The position numbers and the translations under genes were made by a program. A DNA stretch of 64,000 bases, taken from assembly GCF_001194135.2 (NCBI RefSeq), contig NC_068993.1:64549297-64613296 (forward strand), in the 5' to 3' direction. Positions 25,443 to 38,708 of the stretch are shown in pieces; within the stretch, counting starts at the first letter, position 1; every line of letters starts with the position of its first letter. The DNA is from Octopus bimaculoides. Taxonomy: Eukaryota. The notes under the pieces are model-generated. The model saw only the letters and a list, made by a program, of their open reading frames with translations. It had not been told where the DNA came from and did no database searches.

Positions 25443-25690
25443 AATTGGAATATTAAAAGTATAAAGTTTGTGCCTCTAATAATTGATGCATTGGAAACAG
25501 TAAGCCAAGATAAAGACAAATGGCTGAAGGAGATTGGAATAGGCTGTCCTGTAGAACTTCTACAGAAAGTTTGCCTCTTGGGGATAGGAAAGATTATCAG
25601 GAGGGTCCTAAGCACTTGAAAGATTTAGCCCGCTACCCACATAATTCTTTCCAAGAATAAGACCGAACCTTAGTCAAATCATAATCATAA
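25443..25690 (+). mobile_element. R4/Dong-like LINE (restriction-like endonuclease type), extreme 3' fragment
   Basis: WNIKSIKFVPLIIDALETVSQDKDKWLKEIGIGCPVELLQKVCLLGIGKIIRRVLST* matches the VP++GALG...LQK..LLGT..I+R+VL C-terminus; 3' UTR ends taagaccgaaccttagtcaaat, like the 54921 copy. Confidence 0.8.
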
Positions 25691-26500
25691 ATATTAGCAT
25701 ATTATGCATGTTAAGAGAAGCAAAGAAATCGTATACAGGCAACAGACAAGTATATGCTCACGTACAACCACATAGTAACTATATATACATAGTGTTATAA
25801 ATACATGTGCACACAGGTGCAAGCACATGTATGCACCACCATGCACATTCACAGGCGTCAGAAATATGCACGACACACATAAATGAACGCATGTTCATGC
25901 TAACTTATTTGTCATTTTGGAAAAAAAATATTACATTTATCAACTTTAAAATTCATTTTAGAACTAAAATAGAAGTACCCTGTTGGCTGAATTTTATATT
26001 TTTGTCAGGACCACTTTGTACATTTTCTGATTATTTCATGAAAAAAAAAAAAAAAGCTTTTAATACCTTCCTTTAACATTTGGTCTGCTCGATATAATGG
26101 TTGTGTTACGTGGCGATATCAAAGTAAAGAACAAAATTAAAAAAAAAACTGAAGTGATGAGGTAGAGGATCTTTGTTTTATTTTTTAGAAAAACAAGTTG
26201 ATAAAATCGTATATTGTGTAAAATAGGAAAGAAAACAGTGAAATAGAAAAATGACATAAAACAAGTCTGCATCATTTTTTTGTTCCTTAAAATATATAAA
26301 CACACTCACTCACACATACACACAAACTCCCTCTCTTTCTCTCTCTTATACACACACACAGTCTTTTTTAGTTGNNNNNNNNNNTTTTATTGATATATCT
26401 AAACAAGCGAATATACTGTGTTGAATCAAACATCTTAATGATTAAATAATGCTCAAACAAAATTTATAAAAACGAATTTTAAAAAAAATCTCTGCATACC

Positions 26501-26536
<36 letters not shown>

Positions 26537-26829
26537 CTTTTCAAATATATTTTTTTTAGTAAGAGATTTGTTTTTGCAAAGGCTATTCGAATAGAAATGA
26601 TATTTTAAAGGCCGTTCGGGGATGATTTTAGAAATTTTTCAAAACATTTTATGATTCTTCAAAAAATTTTAGTATTGTGTGTGTGTCAGCCATTTCCTTC
26701 GTGCAATAAAAATTGAAATAAAATAATATAGAAATAATATTTAGAAAAATATTTCATATAAATTATACATATGAATGACACGCACGCACGCACACGCACA
26801 CACGCACACACACACAAACACACACCTAT

Positions 26830-26990
26830 GTAACTGAGATGCCCGATTCTCTACCACGTTCTTTCGAGCTCACTTTCAACGCCCTGAACGTTGGGTAAGT
26901 GCTTTCTATTGTGACCCCTGGTAGATCATGCCTTGTGAGTGAATCAGGGAGGCGGAGACTATGTGGAAGCCCGTCGTTTATGTATGTATA
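26830..26990 (+). mobile_element. SINE family B, degenerate 5' half
   Basis: ttgggtaagtgctttctattgtgacc...gccttgtgagtgaatc...gaagcccgtcgtttatgtatg. Confidence 0.6.
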
Positions 26991-27330
26991 TATATATATA
27001 TATATATAGTTCCTTCCTTCTTTCCAAAATACAGGCTTCTCACTTGTTCCTGTAGATCACGAACGACAGCTGAGAAAGCTCTCATGCCATAGTGACCGGA
27101 CTAGCCCTCTCAGACCTGCGCCCCCTTTGTCTAACTTTACCGTCCACCTAACAATAATAGACCTATCTCTCCAATACCGTATTTCACTGCTGGCAAACTG
27201 ATGGACAAACCAAAAAAAAAAAAAAATCAGGAGAATATAGGTCTGTCTTCCAACTACTATATTTGTCCGCTCGAATCCCTACTTTCCGCACCTCTTTTGC
27301 CAGTTTCATTATTCACATCATTCTCATTAC

Positions 27331-27410
27331 CTGCGTAAGGACAAATTCTTCGTCCGAAGAATTAGTATTAATAATTTCCTTTAGAATTTGCTTGTTTACC
27401 AGACGAAGTG
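27331..27410 (-). CDS. Candidate 80-nt internal exon, unknown product
   Basis: Minus: pyrimidine tract...aattcAG|cacttcgtctg...ccttacgcag|GTAATG; open frame (A)LRLVNKQILKEIINTNSSDEEFVLTQ; no recognised homology. Confidence 0.25.
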
Positions 27411-27988
27411 CTGAATTCGTTACAAGATCGTTTCGTTGCAAAAAGAAAAAAGGCAAAAATACGATTTTTTCGACTAAAGATAAAATGAAGCATCATACAC
27501 TGGTGACACCATTAACAATGAGTCATTAACACACTTATCTACAAAGCTGCAGTGTGTTCAGTTGTCTATTTTTAGTATTTCGTCTTCTTTTTCTACGTGT
27601 GTTGTTCATTAACGCTTTGGCGTGAATTCGGTTGAGATTATGTTTTCGTTATTCCCGGGATCCCGGAAACAGCGCGATAGGTCGAACCCAAAAGTTCTTC
27701 GGTTTCTTGTAGACCCCCCCCCCCCCATTGGGAAATTTGATTTTTTTTTTCCTGATTTTTTTCTTCATAATTTATTTTCTGTTTTGTTGTATTCTGTCCT
27801 TTGCACTGTCCTCAATATCGATGTGATCGATTAACCTCCTTCCTTTAAATATCAGCCCCTGTGCCTAATTAGAATGAAAAATTTGGTGTCATTTCGTGAC
27901 TCTCCTCTATGTTAGAGAGGAAAATTTATTATAGCATTATCGATGTTATCATTAACGTTTCGTTTAGTTTTCTTTTATATCTTTGCGA

Positions 27989-28029
<41 letters not shown>

Positions 28030-28229
28030 TGTGTGCATATATAGATTTACTTAAGCAGTACCAGCTGTTGTTTCTAACTATGGCCATTTGGCACTGTTTT
28101 GTGTTGGCGATCTAGACTACACCACCACCACCCACCACCTCACACCCCTACTCTGATAAACATCACCTTCATCTAGAAATAGTTGTTTGAAACAAACTTG
28201 CCGCCCACAATATTTCCTATCACTTATCT

Positions 28230-28930
28230 CTTTTAACTACAACCACAACAGATCAACGACATCGACAACCTCCTCCATCTCCTCCACCTCTTCCTCTTCA
28301 TCGTCATCACCATCATCATCATCATCATCACCACTACAACATAAAAAAGACGAATGCCAATAAAAAAAATACCAATGACTCTTCTTTCCCGACCACAGTG
28401 AACAACGATGACTAACAGCCCACCCGACTCCACTTTCCTCATCAGCCCCACCAACCCCTCCTATGAACACCCTCACCCCCATCATTCATCAACATTCAAC
28501 GACTTCATCACCACATTACAACTACCTAAGCAACAATATCACCAATCATCATCATCATCTATTAACTGTCGCTTGTCTTCTGTCCCACATCGCTTTCCAT
28601 AACCGCACCCCACCCCCATCAATTTCGCCAACTTCATCTTCAACAACTTAATTACAGTACACGCCCCCCCCCCCTTACTATCATCATCACAACCATAGCG
28701 TCTCGGTGACCAGCATGTTCTCCCCCACCACTATTATCATCGTCACCACAACACGTCACCATCGCCCCAGCAACTTCCACCCCCCCCTTCAGTTACGTGA
28801 ATATAACCGCCACACGCTAACACTCCCACCACCACCATCATCATCACCCACTTCACCGCCATCGCTATCACCTCTAACACCAGCCCCACCTCCACTATTA
28901 CCATTGCTGTCTTCACATCATCATCAGCAG
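28230..28930. repeat. Low-complexity C/A-rich tract (CAT/CAC/CCA trinucleotide mosaic)
   Basis: About 700 bp strongly G-poor on +, with decayed (CAT)n and (CAC)n runs. Confidence 0.8.
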
Positions 28931-29371
28931 CATCAACGTCATCCTTGTAAAGAGGACATTATGAAATAAAGAATGCTATGATGACACTGCTATGTCTGTG
29001 AAAGCGCTCCTTAAACATTAACCTACCAATTCGCTTTCTACTTCAACATATTCTATTTTGGAGTGTCGAGAACAAGTGTTTTTTGTTGTGTACAGCCATT
29101 GTCTGTGACAAGGCTTTTAACAAACTGTCTCTCTCCTCCTAAACTATACAATGTACAACACAATCGCGTACATATACACACGTACACGCCCGCGCGCACA
29201 CGCAAAGTACGCATACACATACACAAACCCACTGCGATATGTTTTGCGGCGTTACAGGGTGTGCTTGTACATATGTGTATGTGTGTGTGTATACATACAT
29301 AATCATATATATATATATATAATCATATATATATACACACACACACAAAGACCTGTATATGAATATATGTT

Positions 29372-29408
<37 letters not shown>

Positions 29409-29780
29409 NNNNNNNNNNNNNNNNNNNNNNNNNNNNNNNNNNNNNNNNNNNNNNNNNNNNNNNNNNNNNNNNNNNNNNNNNNNNNNNNNNNNNNNNNNNN
29501 NNNNNNNNNNNNNNNNNNNNNNNNNNNNNNNNNNNNNNNNNNNNNNNNNNNNNNNNNNNNNNNNNNNNNNNNNNNNNNNNNNNNNNNNNNNNNNNNNNNN
29601 NNNNNNNNNNNNNNNNNNNNNNNNNNNNNNNNNNNNNNNNNNNNNNNNNNNNNNNNNNNNNNNNNNNNNNNNNNNNNNNNNNNNNNNNNNNNNNNNNNNN
29701 NNNNNNNNNNNNNNNNNNNNNNNNNNNNNNNNNNNNNNNNNNNNNNNNNNNNNNNNNNNNNNNNNNNNNNNNNNNNNNNN

Positions 29781-29816
<36 letters not shown>

Positions 29817-30951
29817 AAGAAGAGAATAATCTTTGAGAAGTTTTAATAAGTAAAATCCGTTCTTTACGAAAAGATATTGGAAAAGAATACATACATAACT
29901 TACATAGATACACACGTGTATATATATATATATATATGAATAAATGTATACGAGAAAACTGGGTGTAACGCTGGAGATAAAAATGAACTAATTAAATTGG
30001 TTATGTAAAATCTACAACACAAAGATAAAGGGATATATGTATATATATATATTCATCTCAAACCAGTTAAGTATTCTGTTAATCTTACATTTTACTGTCG
30101 TCTGTTTGTTTTGAGTCTTTTCGTTATTTTAATATAGAACTAACGTTATCATTTTTCCAGTTTTACTTTACCTTGTAATTTCTTTCTATATTTATCTGGA
30201 AGTATTTTTGTACGCTTTCCGTTTTGTTTCTTTTACTTTTCTTTTTATTCCTAGTTTTGTATGTTTTTAAGTTTCGTTTCGTTTTGTGAAAACTCTTCAT
30301 AAAACAACCACCATCATTCTCTCCTTTCCGTTTTAATCGACTCAAAACTCCGCCATGTTCTTACACGTTAATCGGTTGCCTTCTTACTTTTGCTTATCAG
30401 CTCCGCGCATTATATGGACATCTCTATCTCTCCAGACTTTGCATTAGCTTAGAAGCTCCCTGGAATTTTTTACCAGAATTGTATTTGTATTTATTTAATA
30501 TCAGTGACATGCTGCAATTTTTTTTTTTTTTTACCGATTCTTCCCATTCTGCTAACTTTATTGTCACGTCTCTCCTTGAACTCGCTTCCTTACTTTGCTA
30601 TTTTTACTCAGGTTTTTTGGGGGGTTTTTTTTCACTTATTTCATAATTCTTCTTTCCTTTTTTCCATTTTCTGCTTTCCATTCACTTTTGTCACATTACT
30701 CTTGCCCCACCCGTCACGTGCCTCACTAACTTTCAGCCCTGAAAGAACTAAAAAAAACAGATTTGTTACACCTGCGTTGTATTCTATTCTTTATTCCAAC
30801 CTTTACTCTACATTACACCATATCGAACCTTCAATCCGACAGATTTTCATTATTCCCCACCACATTCCTCCTGCCTTCCCTTATACAGCACAGTCGCTCC
30901 CACCTTGACTCTCACGTCTTCCTTACACACACTTAACGATTACACTCACAC

Positions 30952-30989
<38 letters not shown>

Positions 30990-31470
30990 TCACGTTAACA
31001 TGAACCACTACACTTCTGTACCTGTACACCTCTGCACACACAGACACCACAAATCCACCCACAAAGCAAACTCACCCTTGTACCCATCTCAAAAATTGAC
31101 ATATTCCTCCCCCCACACACTTACCCAATCATCCTATCTTCACCCCACCCCTTCCATATAACCACATTCTCTCATCCATTTTCTCCTTCTTTCTCTCGCT
31201 CTCTCTGTCTCGTCGTTTCTCTTTCGCTCCCTCTCTCACTCATGCTCTTTCTCTCTGCTTGTCTCTCCCTCTCTCTTTTCTCCCTTCCATGGTCCTTTAT
31301 ATTTCCCCTGTAATCTGATTCTCAAGAACGACTAGTGACCAATCTTTTAGGCAAAGTCACTAATTTTTAAGCGTTCAGTTAATACAATATTTGTTAAATC
31401 TTATCTTTCTTTTTGTTATTTTTCTTTGTCTTTTTAGTTAACTTTATTTTCTCTCTCTCTTTCTCTGAGC

Positions 31471-31540
<70 letters not shown>

Positions 31541-31544
31541 ATAT

Positions 31545-31620
31545 GTATGTGTGTAGCTTGCTAAGCAACCACATAGTTCCAGGTACAGTCCCATTGCGTG
31601 ACACCTTCGGCAAAGGCCGG
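31545..31620 (+). mobile_element. SINE family B head fragment
   Basis: gtagcttgctaagcaaccacatagttccaggtacagtcccattgcgtgacaccttcggcaa. Confidence 0.7.
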
Positions 31621-31767
31621 ACATATTTATGTATATATATAGCTACATACATTTATATACGTACATATATGTATATGTACGTATGTGTGGGTGTGTATGT
31701 GTTTGTATGTATACACGTAGATATATATGTTATATATATATGTATGTATGTGTGTGTCTAAGTATGG

Positions 31768-31822
<55 letters not shown>

Positions 31823-32249
31823 TATATATGTATATATGAGCATGTGTACATTTGCGCATGTTATATTTGTACAATTGTCTATGTATTTACATACTTTTGT
31901 GTATGTTTTGCTGTTATAGAAACTGCCTGTTATTGAATATAGAACGGCAAAGCATTTTTAATAATGTTCCATTATCTGTTTTTTCTTGTTTTATTTATTC
32001 ATTTTAATTAATTACATATTTTAATTAGTTCAATAAAAATGTAAAATGTAGTTACACACCTTTAATTACACGTGTTTAAATTGTTCAATAAAAGAGAAAA
32101 TCCGTAGGCAAGAAAAGCTTGATGGAAATTATCAAAATGCTTAAGCGAAGTTTTTAATAATTTCTCGAAGATATACACGCCACAATACACGCGCACCTAA
32201 ACCTGTCACTTCGGGACGTAGAGCTGCATACACAGGTGTGAGTGTACGT

Positions 32250-32288
<39 letters not shown>

Positions 32289-32879
32289 CGCACATTCGTG
32301 CACTCACAAATACTTAGATACACATCACACGTATGTGGTGGATCTCCGTCGTTCAACGATGAGGATACAGTTGTTCGATCAAATGATCTATCTATCTCTT
32401 GGCTTGAATTAACGTGCAAACAACTGAACCGCCCATGGATCCATTTATCCTTAACGTAAATTTTAAGCAGAATCATCGCCTCGTTCTGTGTGTGAGAAGC
32501 CTTTTCTTGCACCAGGACCCGCCCTGTAGAACCAAACCAGGTATATAGCTGCTGCCAAGAGAACATCATAAACATTTGTCCCTACTGTGTAAATGATTTC
32601 ATGTGTACAGCTTAACTTGGTAGTCTTTCATTCCTGAATGAAATTTCGCTCTCATTCAAATTCAAAACCTCTGGTTAATGAAACTTTTCAAAGGTTTCAT
32701 TAAGAAAAACTGTAGTTTCGTTCATGAGACCCAAACTTTGATCTAAGCTGATAAAAGAATATCACTTTAGAACTGGGATCGATGTAATCGATAGCAATCA
32801 CCCCTCAGAATTTTACCAAATAAAAAACATCTATGATAATGGTGATGATTAAGATGAAGATGATAAAAATAATAACTCT

Positions 32880-33070
32880 TTTTAAAATAGGCACAAGGCC
32901 GGAAATATTCAGGCTAGGGACTTGTCGATTACATTGACTGTTACATAATTCATTGAGCCAGAAAGGATCAAAGGCAAAGTCGTCCTCGATGGAATTTGAA
33001 CTAAGAACATAAAGACGGACGAAATGCTGCTAAGCACTTTGTCCGACGTGCTGACGTTTTTGTCTGCTCT
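32880..33070 (-). mobile_element. SINE family A, diverged
   Basis: taggcacaaggccggaaat...gaaaggatcaaaggcaaagtcgtcctcgatggaatttgaactaagaacataaagacggacgaaatg. Confidence 0.85.
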
Positions 33071-33266
33071 AATACGCTAGTAATGTGTGATGACAAGTCC
33101 CCTCAAATATCAAGAATCTTCTTTAGGATTCTTGCAGAATATAAGATGATGCTTTTCTCCAGGTCAACAATGAACTTTCAATCACAGAGTATTGAGTTTT
33201 ACACCAGGTTATTAATCTGGCAATGCTAATGCGAAATATGTATATATGTGTGTGTGTGTGTGTGAA

Positions 33267-33385
33267 CGCGTGTGACCTAGTGGTTAGGGTGTTGCATTCA
33301 TGATCGCTAGAACATGGGTTCAATTCTCAGAACGGGCGGCGCGTTGCGTTCTTGAGCAGAACACTTCATTTCATGTTACTTCAGC
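33267..33385 (+). mobile_element. SINE family C head plus start of core
   Basis: gacctagtggttagggtg (A box), ggttcaattctc (B box), gcgttcttgagcagaacacttcatttcatgtt. Confidence 0.7.
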
Positions 33386-33516
33386 TTCCTTTTCGACCAG
33401 GAAAAAATATTGGTGGCGTCATTCGAAGACTAAAATGATGCAAATTATAACACCTGTAGGTCTGATTGGTCATGTGATCACGAGGTTTCTTTCATTCTTT
33501 TGTTGTCTTACTATTA

Positions 33517-33552
<36 letters not shown>

Positions 33553-33909
33553 TATTAATTCTTTATTCTGAAGGCTTCTAAAGTAATTAAAATAGTCATA
33601 TTTTTAAAGCATAAAATACTTAGTTTTATAGAACCACTTAACTGTACTGCTTCTCTCTCACTCTCTTTCTCTCTCTCTCTCTCTCTCTATCACACACGCA
33701 CACACGGATGTCTATATCCAGGCGTTCCTTTAATATCTTCATGAATTGTAAACTTCAAAACAATCTCTTCATCATCAACGATCACGCAAATTCTGAACAA
33801 ATTTGACCACCCACGCAGACAGAGCCCGGATGAGGAGGTGACATCCGTTATAAAGAATGCAAACGTTTATTATCTTCTTTTCCCACCCTCTCTCTTTTTT
33901 CTATTTCTT

Positions 33910-33956
<47 letters not shown>

Positions 33957-34216
33957 ATGTTTAATCTCTTCCCCTTTATTTTCTTTGTGTCACATTGCCC
34001 CCTTTCTCTCCCTGCCATCAGTTGGTAACCAACACCCTCACACTAGACAGGCGCGCACACACGTACACACAGTTAAACAAACTTCATATTTTCCACAATT
34101 AAATACCAAAATATACTTTACAAATCTTGGTAACTTTATTTAACTTTGACGGAATATAATACATCCAGCGCTGCAATCGCTGGCCGATAACCATTCAATA
34201 TACGAACGCGGAATGA

Positions 34217-34430
34217 GGCGGCGACCTGGCAGAATCGTCAGCACGACGGGCGAAATGCTTAATCGTATTTCGTGCCTTTACGCTCTGAGTTCAAATTCCG
34301 CCAAGGTCGACTTTGCCTTTCATCTTTTTGGGGTCGATAAATTAAGTACCAGTTGCGTACTGGGTCGATCTAATCGACTGACCCCCCTCCCCAAAACTTT
34401 CGGGTTTTGTGCCTAGAGTAGAAAAGAATA
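34217..34430 (+). mobile_element. SINE family A, full length, tail type 1
   Basis: ggcggcgacctggcagaatcg...gagttcaaattccgcc...tttgtgcctagagtagaaaagaat. Confidence 0.92.
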
Positions 34431-34446
34431 AACTAACGAGGAATAA

Positions 34447-34595
34447 AGTAGCGAGCGGGCAGAATCGTGAACACACCGTTCTGAGTTCAAATTCCGTCGA
34501 CGTTGACTTAGCCTTTACCCTTCCGGGGTCAATAAAGCAAATACTAATTGAACGACTTAGACCCTCCTTGAAACCTGCTAGCTTTGTGCCATACT
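34447..34595 (+). mobile_element. SINE family A, older copy with internal deletions, in tandem with the previous one
   Basis: gcgagcgggcagaatcgtgaac...gttctgagttcaaattccgtcgacgttgacttagccttt. Confidence 0.8.
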
Positions 34596-35170
34596 GGCGA
34601 GGTGTTTGATTTTAGAGTTAAAATTCTTCCTACTCTCTTTTATTTACTGAAATTGTCATGTGTGTTGTGCCTATTTTTAGTGTTGATCAGAATGTAGGAC
34701 TTGTTGCTTGCAGATATGGCCGGCGTATGGCTCTAGATTTCTTTTCACAAATACTCCCTTCAATATTCGTTTTCACTGGGCAAAAGTTTTCTACCTACAG
34801 CTCCGGGTTTCTCATTGTCTTGCTGGAAAACTTGAGGCGAGCCCATCATTTCTATTCACACACACACGCAACACAACACATCCATATAAATAAATAAATA
34901 AATAAATAAACGACAGCTGCAATAACCGAATGTTATTCGACGATAATCTCATACTTACGATTTCTTCAGAAATAAAGCAAGAAAACTGTTTCAACTTTTC
35001 TAAGATGAAAGCAAGGACACAACTGTCAGTTGGGTGGGGGAGGAGAACGATATATATTGGATATCAGATCGATGTACAGGTGGGAGTATGGATAAGGGAC
35101 CCTTGATCAAACAAATTTGCTGCTGTAATATGTCATATAACTGTCAGTGCATTATCTTTCAGTAAAACTG

Positions 35171-35226
<56 letters not shown>

Positions 35227-35790
35227 GGTTCTACAAATAGTTAATCACTAACGCCTTTTCTCGTTTGTGTTACGTGTAGAAGTCATGTGAATCTGAAAGT
35301 TCAGATAGCGAAGTCCTTGGTGCCAAATACATGTATTACATTAATGAATGCGGCTGATCAGCAAAGCCATCGTGCAAACTAAACTTCATGCTTCATATAT
35401 AACCATTGACAAAAGTGCTCGGGTTGTTTTACTAAGCCTGTCATTTTGCTGTATAAAGAAATCAATGGTCGTATTGTAAATATGCTTATTCTGTAAATTT
35501 GTGTGTGAAAACTACGAAACAAACATTTCCATTTGTTGTTTAACAGTTCCTTAAATAGTTTTACTCCAGTCCATCATAGAATCAAGCTGTCATCTTTCGC
35601 CAAAAAATAAATTTCCACACATTAAAGGACTGAATGCGATAACCTGTTCTTTGCCGTAGATTCAAAAATATCATCTCCACATCAATGTAACTTTTATACC
35701 TCTGGTTATGACAAAATAGCAATACACACACACACACATATATATTGATCGGCCATTATTATGATTGACCGTTGACTGAACACTATTCAA

Positions 35791-35935
35791 TTTTTTTTCT
35801 CCGTGTTTTTCTCCTTGTCTCCGTATTCTTTCTGTTGAAGAGCGTAGCTCGAAACGTCAAAGACTTTCCGTATTCCCGAGCGTCATACTAATATATACTT
35901 TTGTTATTTACACCACCTGTCCTCGTCTGTTGTTA
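35791..35935 (+). mobile_element. Short interspersed repeat with hammerhead-like core (Penelope/retrozyme-like), copy 2
   Basis: tcttt-ctgttga-a-gagc[gta]gctc-gaaac-gtc-aaaga; flanks align with 11660-11792 (minus) and with the truncated copy at 7735-7781. Confidence 0.7.
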
Positions 35936-35967
35936 TTATTTGTATATTCTCCCATATATATATATAT

Positions 35968-36011
<44 letters not shown>

Positions 36012-37238
36012 GAAACATCTCATCACCCCCAAACGATAGTTGGTCAAATGTCCTCAAGGAATACCAGACAAACCACCTTTACTCGGGTACATTTCAGTCA
36101 ACAAGTAATCTCGCCTGGGAGAAAAATGTGTGAAAATACAATGGTCAGTTCAGAGCTGCTAATGATCTGGTGGATGCCTGCAGTTCTAAGTTGTCATCTT
36201 ATTACCAGAAACCAAAGAGAAGCAACTGTGAACTGATTAAAGACTACGATTCTTTTGTTAATAAAAAATAAAATAAAAATATTTGAGCAAGGGCTGCGTC
36301 TGTTACATTCTTTTCAGGTTTAGTGAGATCGATGTTATTAATATTTAGTTTAACACCATGCCTGCCCTTTAAGACTGCCCTTTGATTAGATACAACGGTG
36401 AAAAAGATGGCGAAAGAGTTGTTTCTGATTTTTTTTAGCGCTCGGTTATGTTAGAGGGAATGAATAATATTTAGTGGGCATAGAAATCTTTGAAAACTCT
36501 AAAAATATTGCGATCGCTCCACTTTCTATTTATTAAAAGCTAATATAATTATATGAGGCGGCTTTTGCATGTAACTCTGCCGAGTTCGAAATCTCTCAGC
36601 CTATTATTATTATTATCATCATTATTGTTGTTGTTGTTGTTGTTGTTATACATCCTTGTGGAAACTTACTCAAATTACCGTTTCTAAATATTGAAAATTT
36701 GAAACAGAGCATCGAAACCCAAAGTAATTTGTGTCTGAATCTTTTAATCCCCAGAACATAGTAAATTTAATTATAAATTTAATAATATGTTGTTGCATTC
36801 CAAAGAGCTGTGATAGGCTCAGTGGTAAATAATTGGTTTACACTTTCATCTTTTGTACAACTATATTGCAATTTGCATCGCATCTAATGAAATACAATCC
36901 GTTGTGTTTGCATGTAGATTCATGCACATTTTTCTCTCTATAGCTTTGCAACATGTAACATTTTATTAAATACCTGAGTCTCTGCCTGTTCAATATTAAT
37001 ATTCTGATTTATGAAATGATTCTTTCAATAGAGGTTCAATTCCTGGCTGATCTATTGCATTTGAAATGATTCCCTTTAACCTGTTATTTGATGAAAGTTA
37101 ATAGAAGAGGAAAAGAACAGAACCAGGCTGACGATCATTTAAATTGCTGCTCTCCTTAAATGAATATTGCGTGAAACTGCTATCTTGGCTTAATGCCTCA
37201 ACATTTTAACATATTCTGTTGCTCTCTTCCCACTGACC

Positions 37239-37273
<35 letters not shown>

Positions 37274-37334
37274 CCATATCACTTACCCACTTCTCTCTCT
37301 CTCTCCACACACACACATTCATGCACAGATATAA

Positions 37335-37382
<48 letters not shown>

Positions 37383-38670
37383 ATATATATATATGTATGT
37401 ATGAATGAAGTGAGAGAGAGAGATAGAGAGAGAGACATACAGACTGATATTCAGACAGAGACAGGAAAGACAGAAACACGCATCCAGTGAGCTAGCTATC
37501 ACTATTCTTCTTCAGTATATCTCCTTTGCTCTGAATAGCCGCCTCCTTACTTTTCTATCCGTTCATGCTAACGTTATCATTATCTCTCAGCAAATACCAT
37601 TTTCAGGAATGTAAAGCATCAATTTCGGACTCTCTTCTCCTTTCAGTTTGTCATTTCAACCATATTTCCTTACATTTAAATCTTTGATTCTTGCGGTAAA
37701 GGCACATGTTTCACACGATCTCATTTTACACTCACTCACACGACTGTGAAACCTAAAGGGATAATGACACCTCTACACATCTCATTGATAAAGACATGTC
37801 AAGGAATTAACTTTAATCCCCATAATTATCATAGCTATCATACCTGTCAAATATTCATACGCACCCCATAAGAATCTCTTCTTTCATTCCATCAATGTAC
37901 GGAGATGCAAGGAGCAAGTAAAAAGGAATTTCTCACTTTTCTATTGAGCTGATTTTTTTTATTTGGCCTCATGTTAGCCTTAATTGAAAAACCTTTAATT
38001 AAAGACTTCCAACCGAGACCTCTCCTTATCTAAATATGTCTACCCTTCAAATGCATTCCGTCCGTGATCATGCTATCGTTTGTTTTTTCACGCATAATAT
38101 ATCTGGGCCATGAGTGTTTATTGAAAAAACGTTAGTCTGGGACTCAAGGGACACTCGGTTCTTGTTTCGGTCAAATTAGGAGACTCTGTAGATTCTACTG
38201 CTTCATTAGCTCGACAAGACAGCATGTGGAGGAGGAATAGAATCGCTGGAAAATGGTATCTTATGCAATCCTGAATTCAAATCCCACCATGAACGTATTG
38301 GCTTTTTCTGTTGTTTTGAGCTCCATAAAAAAGGTGGGGTCGAGAAATACTTCAGTTTATCGAATCAAATGTAGCCCTCCCCATACCCCGTCATCACCAA
38401 ACTTGTGCTCAGTTCCTACCGTTAGGGAAGAATCAACTCAGCCGCGCTATGATGTCTATAAGTAGCTTACCTTGACGAGTTACTCAGTTGCGATGAAATT
38501 ACTTTGGTTTAATTTTCATCCAAAGTTGCAAAATATGCTCTCATGGGACTCATTTCCACAGTGAAATCCATATGGATGTAGATGCCTTTCTAACCTACGT
38601 CGTATTGGTACTTAAGTAGCTATACTCAACAAGGAATAGAACTAAAGAGTGAGCCTTTACGTGTTCAGCC

Positions 38671-38708
38671 AACCTGCTAGAGTTAGCAGCCAAATCTCTT
38701 ACAAATCA
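38671..38708 (-). repeat. Fragment of an unclassified interspersed repeat (family D)
   Basis: gagatttggctgcta..tctagcaggtt motif also seen at 14143-14162 (+) and 51109-51149 (+). Confidence 0.5.

Noticed and set aside
28233-28969. His/Pro/Asp/Glu-rich ORFs resembling transcription-factor low-complexity regions
   Set aside because: They derive from CAT/CAC trinucleotide mosaics, with stops in neighbouring segments and no splice support.
34217-34300. tRNA genes at SINE heads (also 8200-8278, 19353, 33267, 57490)
   Set aside because: A and B boxes are present but there is no acceptor stem or cloverleaf, and they continue into SINE bodies.
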